Positions 25,649 through 38,590 of a stretch of 64,000 nucleotides of DNA are shown piece by piece (position 1 is the first letter of the stretch; every line of letters starts with the position of its first letter). The stretch is from assembly GCA_973851085.1 (NCBI GenBank), contig OZ316776.1, positions 992,001 through 1,056,000 of the forward strand, read 5' to 3'. This DNA comes from Ptychomitrium polyphyllum. Lineage: Eukaryota. The translations under genes and the position numbers were made by a program. The notes beneath the pieces were generated by a model. The model searched no databases, was not told the DNA's origin, and saw only the letters and a program-made list of their open reading frames with translations.

Positions 25649-26851
25649 TCAAGAAGCTGCATCAGGTCGCATCTCGGACAAGCTCAGCTGATCCAACATG
25701 AACCTGGTGATGTTCTGCACGTCTTCGTACTCATGCTGCACACGCTGCGCAATTTCTTTGACGTGATTTTCATCCCTGGCGCTCGTCATGACATTTCCAG
25801 AGCCTTTCGGCTGCATGAAGTACATCTCCAGCTTCATGTATTCTTCGCCCATGCCTTTGCCGAACGCTTCGTCCGCACATGCAACCGCAAGTTCATGCTT
25901 CACGTTCAAAGTAGGCAACTGAGGAGCGCCGGCTCGCTCCAGCTTCTTCAGAATACGCTCCACCTCTGACTTGAAGTCGTTGTGCTTGCACTTCTCGACG
26001 GTGTACATCCGGCCGTCGTCGAAGGCTTCTTTGTACTTGGAATTGAGGAGGTCCGCTAGCCGTTGTTGGATTACAACCGAGCATTTGCATTCCTGGTGCC
26101 ATAGCTTGCTGATGAGACGCAAATCCGAAGCCTTCTGGTCGTCGTCTGTGCGTAGTTTGAGGTGAACCTTTCTCTGATCTGTGATTGACCTTTCTGTGTT
26201 GAAGCCGGAGGTTGTCATCTTTTGATGATCTCGACGTGTTGGTACTAATTCGGTGTTGTAGATTCTAATGTCTTCGAACTCTTCTAGATGGTGGTGCATT
26301 CTTTTTGCGAATGGTTGCGTGGAATCGAGGAATGGCGGCGCTTGTTCAGCAATAGTTAGGTTATGACTCTTTTTCAGGGGTTTTTTGAGTGCACCTCGGC
26401 GCTGATCGTGCACAACTCTTTTGAGTGTCGGTGCAGTTCGTGGACGAGCTGGTAAGCCGTCGCCTGCGAAGAATCTTGTGTTGAAAGACATACATACTTG
26501 AGGATTCTTTGGAGCGTCCTGTTTGTTGTGTTTAGTGACGGGGATGTTAGTTGATAAGCGAGGTGTGATGTCTAAGCTTTTGCTCGCCGACAGCAGATGC
26601 ATCTGAGATTGCTGTTGTTGCTGCTGCGTCATTGGCCTCCTTCCTTCAGTCAATCTGCGCTGAAGCTCGTGGGACGGCGAGATGAGTTCCATGAGGTGAA
26701 GGTCGGAGGAGTCGTTGGCTTTGTACATGGGCATCCGAACGGTGACCCGAGGAACCTCGCTGCTATCTCCGCGAGCCTCAAGAGCTCCAAGTTGATCTGC
26801 GTATACCAGGCTGGTGGCACGCCTTGACGCTGTGCACGACACAGGTTGCAT
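25649..26851 (-). CDS. Hypothetical 400-aa protein (polyQ tract, helical C-terminal half), no family recognised
   Basis: Uninterrupted 1.2-kb ATG-started ORF with protein-like composition; not antisense to any recognised gene. Confidence 0.65.
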   Translation of the reverse strand: MQPVSCTASRRATSLVYADQLGALEARGDSSEVPRVTVRMPMYKANDSSDLHLMELISPSHELQRRLTEGRRPMTQQQQQQSQMHLLSASKSLDITPRLSTNIPVTKHNKQDAPKNPQVCMSFNTRFFAGDGLPARPRTAPTLKRVVHDQRRGALKKPLKKSHNLTIAEQAPPFLDSTQPFAKRMHHHLEEFEDIRIYNTELVPTRRDHQKMTTSGFNTERSITDQRKVHLKLRTDDDQKASDLRLISKLWHQECKCSVVIQQRLADLLNSKYKEAFDDGRMYTVEKCKHNDFKSEVERILKKLERAGAPQLPTLNVKHELAVACADEAFGKGMGEEYMKLEMYFMQPKGSGNVMTSARDENHVKEIAQRVQHEYEDVQNITRFMLDQLSLSEMRPDAAS

Positions 26852-27040
26852 GTCAGGTTATCTCTACGACCAATTATCAACGTCGTTCTCTGATTATCCA
26901 TTTATTCACATTCCATTTCACGTGTGCCTAGAAAAACTAGATGCATGCGCAGAAAAACTTTCTAGAGCTCCTTATCTCTTGTCATACGTTAGGTCTGAAT
27001 CTTTATCCTAAATTGAGGTAACCTGAGGTGATTAGCGCTA

Positions 27041-27343
27041 AATTTGTGACTCAATCGATTAAGTATCCTCACAAGCACAAATTAATCCCAATCCAAGCCG
27101 GTTCTCTTCAATTTTACTATTAAACTACGTGTGGTTTTCAAGATGTTTCCAGCTTCTTGATGGGAGGAAAGAAAGAAATTGACCCTCTTACGAGATTAGA
27201 CCTAAGATTGGAATTTGGTGAAAAAATATGCGCTCTGGCAATTCCATTGATTTTCGTCATAAGTCGTTTCTGCTACATAAGAAATGTCCGTGATTTACAC
27301 CACGCAATTTTGGGAATGACTTCTGAACTCAATAAACTATAAT
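27041..27343 (+). pseudogene. Duplicated fragment of the LPP gene (end of exon 1, intron 1, exon 2)
   Basis: Matches ~22577-22885 (e.g. tgtgactcaatcgattaagta; [28 protein letters not shown]). Splice sites are degraded. Confidence 0.88.
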
Positions 27344-29767
27344 GGAAGCTCTGTACCTCTTGTCATCCTTTAGATCTGAATGATTATACTCAATCGAGGT
27401 AACCCGACGTGATTAGTTCTAATCTTTGTCTGGATTTCAGAAACGTCTCTGAATCATTGTAGACAGCAGTTGAATGGAACGAGTTCTGTAAGGTGATTCA
27501 AGAGTCACGTCAAGAGCTTAGAAAACGAGGAAGTTTTAGAGTTGCATAAGCGGAGATTGTGTTGACTTCGACACTTCGTCCCTTCTGTGCACATTCGGCG
27601 ATGCATGTCGAAGGGGCTTCAGAGTTTAGTGGAGCTAAGAGAGAAGGTATCCAAGTGTTCTACCATTCTGAATCTCGTCTTGCAGGTATGACTTTTGCAT
27701 CTCCTCCCATTCATAGCATTTTGTACCACATGTGGTACTCTTAACTACTAACAGCAGTCTATAATGCTGACTCAGCAACAGTATTTGTACACCTAGGGTT
27801 AAAAACCTTAACTCATTATTCTTACCAGTAAATTGTTTCACACACCAGAGGCCTAATACTACATTTCAAACACCAAAATACTTGTGTAGAGTATTTGAGA
27901 ACTGCTTACAGGTGAAGTACTGAACATAGTGATTAAAGGGATTGATCACTTCTCACGTGCATTGTGCTTGACATTCTGAATGCTTCGAGTTATTCAATGT
28001 CAAGCTTCTCCTCCTAGACTGCTCTGCGAGAATGATTCTCAATGCAGCTGAAATGCCAACAACAGGTGTGGTGACTCGTTTGTTACCTCATGGTGTTAAT
28101 TTAATCTTTCTGTAGGTTCGGTCCATCTGCTGCCTGGCCCTGTATGCGTCGCCTTGGTATTGCAGTACCTCCTCGACTATGACAGCTCAAACTTCCCTTT
28201 TTATGGGACCCAAATCACGTTGGAAACAGGAATGTTTACTTTGTGCATTATACTCCACCTTCCGAGGCTAGCAAGCGGCTTCACTTCAACCGTTTAGTAC
28301 TAGTGAGGAATGTTATGTATATACCATATGTTATGTAGTAAATTTGATGATCTTGTAATTTCTTGTGGAAAGAGAGCCATCGAAAACAGAGGTGCTTAGC
28401 CATGGGACTAGCGGGGTTGCAAGGTTGCAACGTGCAAATGTGTACAAGACCTACTTTTACCATTCTGCTACTTATGTCAAAGACTTTTATAAGATGAGCA
28501 TTTTAATCCAAATGCTGATTTTGTTTTAGTTTTGAAATGAATCGTGTCGTGTGCGGGATTTCCAAGAACTCAACTAAGAGCCTAGAATCTGGCTCGGTTT
28601 CCATGTTTATGGAACGTAGCGGCACCTTGTCTGCGTCTCGTTGAATCGTATGTAAAAGAATATTTTAAAAATCAGACTAACACAATTAAAGCAAAAATTA
28701 GAGATTTTCCCAATACTGAAGTACGAGATCGACTGTAAACTTTAACGACTGTTTTACCCACAATAGCATTGATATGAATTCCAGCCCTCTGCATACTTGA
28801 AAACGCTTTCTCCATTTTCTCAAATGCGCTCGCTCTTGCATACCTAATGATCTAAGCATTTTAAGTGATCACATCAGCTTTTCATTCACCGTCCTGTAAC
28901 TCGTTGAAGGCCTCATCCATCTGATGCAGTTGGCCAGCCACCATGTAACCCCAAATAATTGCTTTGTCCGTGTGCCTATCAGGGCTAAAACCCGCTTCCT
29001 CACACTCGAATTATTTTTATCTCTAGCGTTGCAAGCATATATTTAAACACTGATATGACAGTATTATAAGTCACTAGCGCCGACTGACAATTGACTGTGG
29101 CTTACATATCTGCAGACAACTCAAATGCCTTGTGAGCCTCATTGTTTCGGCCATAAGAATGGATGAGGGCATTATAGCTCACTAATGTTATTTAATGTCA
29201 CCTAATAGCGCCTCGGATCGTTGTTCGAGTACCTCAGCCATTTGATTATGAAAACTCCAACTACTTCGAAAGAGCCGCTATCACAGAATTATATTCTCGA
29301 CCTAGCGAATGTCTCACCTCTTTTCCTCTTTTAAATGGTATTCTCTGGAGGTCCTTGGGCGTCAAATCCAATGTTGACATGAGAAGAATGCTGAAAAATA
29401 CAGAAGTAGTTGACTTTCAAACATGCCATTGCGATAAAGCTCTTTTTCTCCCAACCATAACAGCAGGACCTAACACACATTTGCAGCAGCATTTAATAAA
29501 AACTAGTATCATCTCAAATTCAAGCAAACAACAGTCAGATGAAACACAGAAAGGAAAAAGAAGAAAAACCCATCAGTGTATACCTTGAATATCTGCTGGT
29601 CTGGTCGACATGCACGCAGAGCTGCCTCGGACAAAAGCCGCGCCTGCTGCAGGATTAACAAGATGAGCAGAATTGACAATTCTAATCTTTGCTTCACTTG
29701 CTCCCAACCGGTTCTTGAGTTTCTGCTCTGGCAGTGGTTGCAGAAGTGAACTGGCATGAATTTCTTC

Positions 29768-29957
29768 GCTAATGGAATCTTCGGTTTGGATGGACGCTGC
29801 GGCAAGGACCTCGTGAGATGTAGATGTTGGACTCACTTTCAAACAGAGCCAACCAAGCTTGCGCTACAAAGGACTTAACTGGTTGCTGCCTCACATTCTG
29901 CACAACTCCCTTACCTACCGTTGTTCTATGAAAAGAAAAGCTTTGTGGTATCACACA
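29768..29957. repeat. ~190-bp direct repeat, copy 1 (copy 2 at 38401-38590)
   Basis: gctaatggaatcttcggtttggatgg...ctttgtggtat(c/t)acaca is present at both sites with a few substitutions. Confidence 0.92.
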
Positions 29958-30089
29958 AAGTCTACTGCATTGCCGCTCTTGGATTGAAATTTCATTTTAG
30001 GATTAATACAACAATTGCTTTGTCAAAAAATTCCATTCTCTTCCATGTGCTTTCTTCTCATTTCATAATACACTCTAACTTGTATTGGT

Positions 30090-30400
30090 CTTTCTAAAAA
30101 TAGCTCCAATGTTTCTTCGAATAAATAAGTGTATTATTGGATTGCCAGCATCTACTCAATAGTTCACGCATACTTAACATACTTAGGTATCTTTGAATAT
30201 TGGCCGTTGAGGACAAGATCATAGCCATTCCATCCATGATTCCCAAACGGAATCTTTCCTGTTAAAATCTCATAGCATGTCACTCCAAAGGCATCTGCTT
30301 CTTTTGAAAATAATTCAAATCTTTCATGAACGTTCTTGTCTTTAAGAGCTTGCAATATCCTTGAAGCCCTCCAAAATCCTGTTCTAATGAGTCCATTTGA
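30090..30400 (-). pseudogene. Protein kinase C-lobe fragment (TKL/Raf-like)
   Basis: TGFWRA (GT..W.APE-like), EADAFGVTCYEILTGKIPF, then LLSRCWQ after a stop; degenerate. Confidence 0.75.
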
Positions 30401-30699
30401 ACAGTCAAAGTGTGATACAGATAAACACCAACCGCTTTCAAATCTTGATACAAGCACATTGGAAGGCTTTCGGTCTCAATAGAAGGATGGTGGAGAACTG
30501 GTGGCTTCATGCTCGATTTCACTTCCCACTGTCGGGACAGACTCTAAGTCGCTCGATGCACCGTTCCATGAAGAAGGCTATGATGATTGTACTTCTTCCA
30601 ACTGGCCGGTGCATGCGCTTGTATCTGCCATCACTGCTCACTAGCCCAGTTATTGAACGGCTTGCTTTTCCAGCTCCTTGCAATCGAGGTTGAGAAATG

Positions 30700-33600
30700 A
30701 GGGTTCTAAGAGGGACGACGTCTACTTTTAGAGTAGGAAAGATGGATGTTCCCTCAGATATTGGAAATTGATGAAGCTCTAATGAAGCTTTTTGTAATAG
30801 GAACTTTTTGTAATATGGGAACTCTAGAGTGGAAAGTTGTAAACTCTCTAGAAATATTTTAGGAAATATAAGCATCACAGTATAAATAAGAGGCAAGACA
30901 AGGTGTACCTTAGTCTTACCAACACAAGTTGTGGATCATATTGTATTGTGCTCTTGTTGTTGTTTTTGTATCAATTCTTGTTAATCATGAGTTCTTTGGA
31001 AGTTAATTCTTGAAGACCACTTTGTGTCAACTTCTTGTTTCTTATATCCTTAATAATTTGGCAAGATTATTCCTCATCTTTATTGGAGTTGAGGTTTCTT
31101 TAAACAAGATAGTGGATTTACCATCTTCTTTAGAATTCCATAACATCTAAGATGTTACGGATTACCCTCCTCTAAGTTGATCCCATGAAATAATTTCTTT
31201 GTCTAAAAACAAATATTATTTCTTTTGAAAAAGGATCAATCTTTCAAAAGATGCAGATTACCTTCTGTTGAAGATATTGATAGTTTTTTTATTGTTTATA
31301 GTCTTATGTATGTGGATTTTTTTCTCAAAGATATAGATGGTCCTTAAAAATTATAAGTTACCTTCTTTTGAGTTAGTTCTTTGTTTTCTTCTTCTTCTTC
31401 TTTATTCACAAAGTTTATTGATTTAAGTATGAATAATGTGTCAAAAACATCACAAAATAGGTTTGTAACTATTATAGACCTTCAAAAGTTATTATATACA
31501 ATCCAAATGGAATTTGATCATTTTTACACTATTAACAATTTAGAAGAACACATTTATTAGGTTGAAGAATCCAATTGTGATATTCAAAGTTTAGATCAAG
31601 AAATTGTTTAATTACAAGTTAATATTGATTACAAGTTAAATAAGGTCTTTTCTTAATTTGCATCAATCTTGCTATCACAACAACACTACTTAAGTAGATT
31701 TTATGACCACTCTTCTATTAAACAATGCACTATTATAGTTTACACCATTTATAGAGAAGAAAATACCATTGTCAAACAATTTAGATGCTTTCATGGAAGT
31801 GTTGATATTTATATTTAAAGATATTTATGAAAAGAGGGTGGCTCAAATAAGAATTCAAAGTCTACAACAAGAAAAGCACTAAGGTGCTAAATATGCTATA
31901 AAGTTTTGATAATTAACTTGCAACCTTGATTGAAAGAATAAGGCCTTAATCACATAATTCCAATGGAGCTTAAATGAAAATGTAAAAGATTTGCTATTCA
32001 AAATGTCAAAAGTTGATACGTTGGACAAATTCATTCCTTTAACAATAGCATGTAATACTAGATTATTGAAAGGTCCCAAGAACAACGCTCAAGATGGGCA
32101 TTGGTACATCAGTATATGCCAACCATTTCTTCAAAAGTATTGGAAAGCCATCAATCAAAGTCTCTTATTATGTCGTGCACCTCACTTTGAAGAGTACCCG
32201 CAATATTAAGGGCACAAGAGGGACTCCAGAGTGACGTTCGAGACTTGTGGCGCCGATAATAAAGTGGCCCGAGTAGGCCTACCGTGGGAAGGATCCCGAG
32301 GGGAAGAAACATCCTTGCCTATGTAGTTCAAGGGCCACAAGGGATAAATTGTAGGCATTAGAGTACTCACAACGAGTTGATACTAAAATGCTAAAGATTG
32401 CTCAAATTGGACAAGGGAGCTCAAAGATATGGCATCTCAAAGTTGGAGCTGCCAAGGGGCTATTCTGGATTGTGGCAGCCCTAGACAATGACTGTACTAG
32501 ACTGGGATAGTACAAGGAGGGACTCCCCAAGAGTTCCAAACCTTAAAAGAGGCATATCTTCTAGAGTACTAAGTTAAATTGGACGTTTGACAAGTCTATT
32601 GGCATCTACGCAAATAGCAAATGACGATAGAGTGGTTGCTTGATATATTTGGACACCAAACGTAAAAGATATGGCTCCTTGAAAGTCCGCAAGAAGTCCC
32701 AGACGCTTCCAGCGGCTAAGTCCCAAGGAAAATCAGGTGGTCTTCTAAAGTTTTGGTGTGTCGAGGTTCAGCCAGTTATAGAAGGCCAGGGGGCCTGCCG
32801 AATCCCACAAAGAGTACTATAGAGGAAGATTGGTCCCCCTTCCCATTCCCCTAGTGTCCCGATAGAAATCAAGAATGAATCCCAGTTGGTGGAGCTAGTG
32901 TTGGGGCTTCACCACGAGGACTTGTACACCATTGTAAGCCGGTGGATGACCAGTTTTACGAAGGGAACTAGTGAGATTAAAAAGGTACGCTTGTTACTAC
33001 TAAATAGGGGTGGTGTCTTCATGCCGGCACCATGATGAGCCGGGATGATCTTAGAATCATATGGAGATCATTAATGGTGGTGGTGAAGAAACACCACCAA
33101 ATGCGGTTAGGTTGTGTGGAATGGGAATAATACCACGTAAGGCCTTGGACATGAATGGAAGTCCGCACTTAACCATTGACTACCAATTAATTGGGTGTTT
33201 TAAGAAAAATGGTAGGAAGAATTAAAATCCAAGCTTGGAATTTGGAGAGTAAGTAACGGGGGTTAACCATGTGCATGTAAGGATGTACAAGGTTGACGTG
33301 CGTGACGTTCATTAAGGTGCATTATAAGGGTTGCGATATATTACTTCCAATTCTTACTTTTTGTTTTACATTTCTTATCAAAATCAATCTGTCTAATGAT
33401 GAAATAATAATGAAACTCTTTTAAATATTAGTGCAACGGTATGCTTCATGGATAAGAATTTTGCAATCAAACACCACATGGTGTTGATAAATAAAAAACA
33501 TCTCGCACTTATTAAAGTTAGCAATAAACAATTTCTTAAATCTGGTAATGTTATTGAAGAAATTCAGTCCTTCAAGGTTGCTTTAGTGAACCAAGCATCT

Positions 33601-35270
33601 AAGATTGTTTTCAACATCATTCAATATTGAATAAATTCTATTGTCTTGGATTTGAGTTACATAATTCAAATATTGATGGGTGCTCTCAAAGTGTGGTCAC
33701 AAGGAAAAAACATCAAAATATAAGAAATCTTTAACCATCATTTGTTAGAACTTAGGCATTTATAAAAATGGCAAAAGATAAAGCAATCAATGCCATTTAT
33801 ACCATTTATGCCACTCCAATGCTTAGTTTTCTACAATAAATTAATAAAAGCATACTCCATCAATACCAAGATTATAAGGATGTTTTTGAAAAAAAAAATG
33901 CGGACATATTACTTAAGCAACAGGCTTATAATTGCACCATCAAGTTGCAAGAACAAACTCAACTACATTTGAACCTATTTATAACTTATTATAAACTGAA
34001 TTGACTATCTTGACAGAATATATTAATAAAAACCTTAGAAAAGGCTTCATCCAACATTTCTAATCATCTGTTGAAGCATTCATGCTATTTGTAAAGAAGA
34101 AAAATGGATCATTACATATGTATATGGATTATTGAAGCCTTAATAAAGTGACCAAGAAGAATAGATATTTATTACCATTAATCTTAGAATTCCTATAACA
34201 ACTTGGTGAAGCAATGATATTCATTCAAGATAAATCTTAAAGGAGCCTACAACCTTGTATATATAAAAGTAGCAGACAAATAGAAGATAACCTTTTGATT
34301 TAGATATGGCCATTTTAAAAACAATATTGTGCCTTTTTGCCTTATTAATGCTCCTACAACCTTCCAACATATGATCAATTATATCTTTCAAGAACATTTG
34401 GACAATTTTGTAGTCATTTACTTGAATGGCATTTTGATATATTCAAAGTATGAAAAAAACCACAAATGTCACATGCGACTAATATTAAGAAAAGCCACGC
34501 CAGCATGATTATATGCTAAATTAGAAAAGTATATTTTTTATGAATTTTTGGTTTAATTTTTAGACTACATAATCTCAAGAAGAGAAATCCATGAGAATGA
34601 GAAGAAAATAAGCACTATTATAAAGTGGAATATACCAAGATCAATTTGACATGTTCAATGCATCTTAGGATTTGCTTTCCAAATTTGACTTTGTCATCAC
34701 TTATTAACCTAGTAGCCTATAAGATAAGCCAAATGTCTTATTTCAAAGATCTTAATTGGCTCTTAAACTTAGAGATGAAGTTTTGGATCAATAGAAGACT
34801 ATTTTGTTGAAGCCATAGAATCTTCAATTTAAAGAAGTGACCATCACCACAACATTCCATCTCAACAAAATTTGGAAGGCTTTTGAGGAATAATATTTTT
34901 GTATCAAATATGAGGAAGAGTTTTAAGAACAATAAAAATCCTTGAAACAGTGATGAGGAATTTGAATGCCAAAAAGGTTTATTTTATTATAATGGAAGTA
35001 TATACCTATGTTTAAAACCTTTACAACTGAAGATCCTTCAAGCATGCCATGATTTTCTAGCGGCGTAAGGAACTTTGGATTTAATAAAAAAAATTAAGTT
35101 GATTGCTAAAGGCTCTTGATGGCCACAAATGTGAAAATACGTGAAAGACTTTGATTGATCATGCAACACTTGTGTAAAGACCAATGTACCAAGACACCAA
35201 CTTCATGGTTTCTTCTATTCACTTCCAATGCCAAAAAGTCCATGGTTATTATTGTCAATGGATTTTACCA
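30700..35270 (+). mobile_element. Decayed Ty3/Gypsy retrotransposon copy 1 (LTR/leader, gag, protease, RT, start of integrase; RNase H region missing)
   Basis: Leader and gag are collinear with 52300-53089. RT remnants (FVKKKNGSL, RYGHF, INAPTTFQHMIN, VIYLNGIL) and integrase zinc-finger region (WPQM..CNTC..PW...SMDF) carry many stops. Ends are approximate. Confidence 0.85.
32171..33338. mobile_element. Solo LTR (~1.17 kb) nested in Gypsy copy 1, with 5-bp target-site duplication TATTA
   Basis: Starts TGTCGTGCA and ends TTGCGATA (degenerate ...ACA). TATTA lies at 32166-32170 and 33339-33343. Reverse-complement homologue of 53090-54235. Confidence 0.88.
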
Positions 35271-35799
35271 CAAATCATCAAGCTTAATTATTTATAATGA
35301 TCATAAATTATCTATTTCTGATATTTGTGTGAAAGATGATAACATCTTGTTTAACATTACTATATTCGAGCCATAATCAATTCATGAATGGAATTATTCT
35401 TTAGAAAAGGATTTGAGAGAAAAATCCTGTCTTTTTTTGAATGTTTATAAAAGCCATCATAAAACCTAGCTTTGTGATTCTTAATGCCATTACAACCACA
35501 AGTGATTTTCTACCCCTTTGTATAAAAAAAACTAATTTGATAATATAAAATAAACTCTAACACTATTTTAGAGGAAAAAAAACTACGGAAATGGGGAAAA
35601 AAAATATATTTTGGCTACGCCCAAAAAATCTAGATTTTTGGCACCTTAGGGCCGAACGTATGCCTTTTTATTTTTAATTTTTATTTGGAAGTTTAGTATT
35701 GTTTTATTAAGTATATTTTTATTTAGGTAATTCAATTAATACTTGTCATAATTTGAGTTGTTAAATTGTTGCTGTAAAGACCAATTTACTATTTATTGA

Positions 35800-37250
35800 G
35801 GCAATTCTTGCACTTTTTCAAGACCAAGCTTCTCTACTATTTGTTTTTCTACCAAAGATTATTGTACTTGAAAACAATGGCGTCTCTATTAGCCACATTG
35901 CAAAGTACAATTGCTTAAATATGTAAGAACTTTCTTTTATTGTTGGATTTTTTGACTTACCATTTTTTTATTTAATTATTGTCATGCTGGTTTCTACCAC
36001 TAATGCATGAGTGTCTTATAAATTGATGGCATCCATAATATCTCCTACAAACTTCTTTATTCTTCTATTGTATGCTAAGGTTGTAGCTGCAATATTTGCA
36101 ACAACTCCTTTTCCAACTCCATTGCCAAAAAGACTAACTTACAATCATCATGTTGATCAATTCTTAAATTTAGAAGCAAGAGATGGTAGCGTAAATACTT
36201 CAAAACCTAAAATTCCTATAATGCTTGCTTTCTACATCCTTTTAACCTTCCTCGATGCTAGCTTGGCTGCAGCACCACTTTATCAATATTCCATCTAGTT
36301 ATCCTTGATTTGCGCCCAATCTGCAATGTTCATCCGTGCCTCAAATTCAATCCTTGGTCATTTATTCATTTGTTCTTCAATCATGTGCCAAAATGTGGTG
36401 GTCATTGCTAACTCATATTAGAATACAAAATCTACGCCTTTCATACATGTATAGTAGTTTTAAGCAAATTATTCTTACAAGAAACAAAAATGTGCTTTAC
36501 AGTTTTGAACTAAATTAGGTATATAGTAGTAATTGTTTGGAACAACTTTCAAGCTGGATACCTAAAATTTGTCTACATTATTAGTGAATTATAATTCTAG
36601 GTTCATATGGCAAAGGTGATGGGAGCTAGAGTAATAATTGTTTGGTCGATTCCAAAATGTATGGAGTTATTGTAGAGGTAGACTTTAACTAAATTGCACT
36701 AAAAAGGAAGCCAATTAATTTGCAATTTATGTAGGGCGTTGCTATTATTGGCCTATCAAGTCTTCTACCTAGTACTATCAAGCTCCTCCTATCAAGTTCC
36801 CTCTATTGATATTATCATACTTCATCTATTGATACTATTAAATCATAGTCATTATTTTGTTAGTTCAAACAATGGATGTAAATCTAGTATTATAGGATTT
36901 AAAAGTTAGTTATTTAAACCTTCAACTAAGAGAGTTGAAGATGTGATGTATTTTTATTTTAATGAAGTTCTTTTTTGAAATTATTGAAATGTTTTTTTCT
37001 TATAACCTAGCTGTGCAAAGATGCTTGTGGAAGCACATATGGATTAAAAGACAATGGCAATGTTGTTGTATTGAATAATTACATGGACACAGAGTTTATG
37101 AAGACATCAGTGTCAAATTACCTATTTAGCTCATCATTATGCTTTTCAACACCAAAATCTCCACTTTCTATGTCCCATTTATCAAGTGTTATTACTAATG
37201 CATTCCATGATATACATTTATATTAACTTGGTCATTGTAGCGCATTAAGT
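35800..37250 (-). pseudogene. Decayed unidentified ORF, probably transposon-derived
   Basis: One minus frame at ~36400-35970 reads protein-like (MIEEQMNK*PRIEFEARMNIADWAQIKDN*MEY...) but is interrupted by TGA/TAA/TAG stops typical of C>T decay. The wider span is approximate. Confidence 0.35.
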
Positions 37251-38400
37251 GATTTTTTTGTGTATTAAATTGAAAACCATGACATTTTGAAAAACATTTG
37301 AGCAAAATCAGAAACAAAAATTAATATAATTTATCTAATGTTTTGGATTAAATTATATTATAAAATGTGCAATAATAATTTGCCAAATGTAAGCCAAATT
37401 TAAATTCTGGTGTGGTACCTTTTACCATCATGTACTTGTTGGAAATGGATTATATAATCCTACTTTTACTCTTGATTCTAAAAATGATTATATTTGCAAT
37501 TCAAATATATAAAAATAAATAGTATTTAATATTAAAAAATTATAGTTTATATTCTTTTTATTTATACATTTTTGATAGATAAATTCTATGGACCAGTTAC
37601 AATTTAAATAAACAAAATCAATTTATGAAATAATATTTTGGTGATAGTATTTTCAAATTGTTGTAATAGAATTTCTTCTACAAAAATAATTCACTCATTG
37701 GTCATTTATCAAATACAATCCACAACCATAGGCACCATAATAATATAATGTTAGAACAAAGAACATGTATTTAGCACTTGTATTTTATTCCTCATTGACA
37801 AAGCTTATAGCTCACATCTCAAGGCTCACATGTTAACATTCCACGATGTTTTGCAAACAAGTTTTGTATAAACAAACTTAGTTTGTATAAAGAGATTGTA
37901 TGTATATTAACATTTTTTTGCACAAAGAAATATATTCAATGTTCTAACTTTAAATGATTTCAAAGTATATATTTTAAAAGTTTGAAATATTTAAATCAAA
38001 ATGATCAATTAAAAATAACGTGAAGAAGTTCAATTTCAATTAGACAAGTGAAGTGGTGCCACAAAAAAAAGTAGTTCTCAATACTCCAAAACTTTTTTCA
38101 AAACGCCAATTTTATGTTGCTATAATTCTTCAAAAATCTATTTTCTTATTAAGTTTGAACCTATTTAGTTTCACAAACTCAAACCTATTTAAAAAAATTT
38201 ATAATATGATTCTTTCTATTTCTATAAAAAATGATGAACACGTTATATCCAAAAACAGAAATAATTGAGACCATAAATGTTAAGAAAGGTATTTGACTAT
38301 ATAATACTGCATGATCTGTGTAATCAAATTCATATTCTGATGAGGTTTAATGTGTTGCATAAGATAATTTGAACTGTTGTACAATTTAGCTTACATCAAT

Positions 38401-38590
38401 GCTAATGGAATCTTCGGTTTGGATGGACCCTGCGGCAAGGACCTCGTGAGATGTAGATGTTGGACTTACTTTCAAACAGAGCCAACCAAGCTTGCGCTAC
38501 AAAGGACTTAACTGGTTGCTGCCTCACATTCTGCACAACTCCCTTACCTACCGTTGTTCTATGAAAAGTAAATCTTTGTGGTATTACACA
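38401..38590. repeat. ~190-bp direct repeat, copy 2
   Basis: Matches 29768-29957. Confidence 0.92.

Noticed and set aside
35580..35670. Possible CACTA/Helitron terminus (aactacggaaa...)
   Set aside because: Imperfect motif, with no partner terminus or TSD found.
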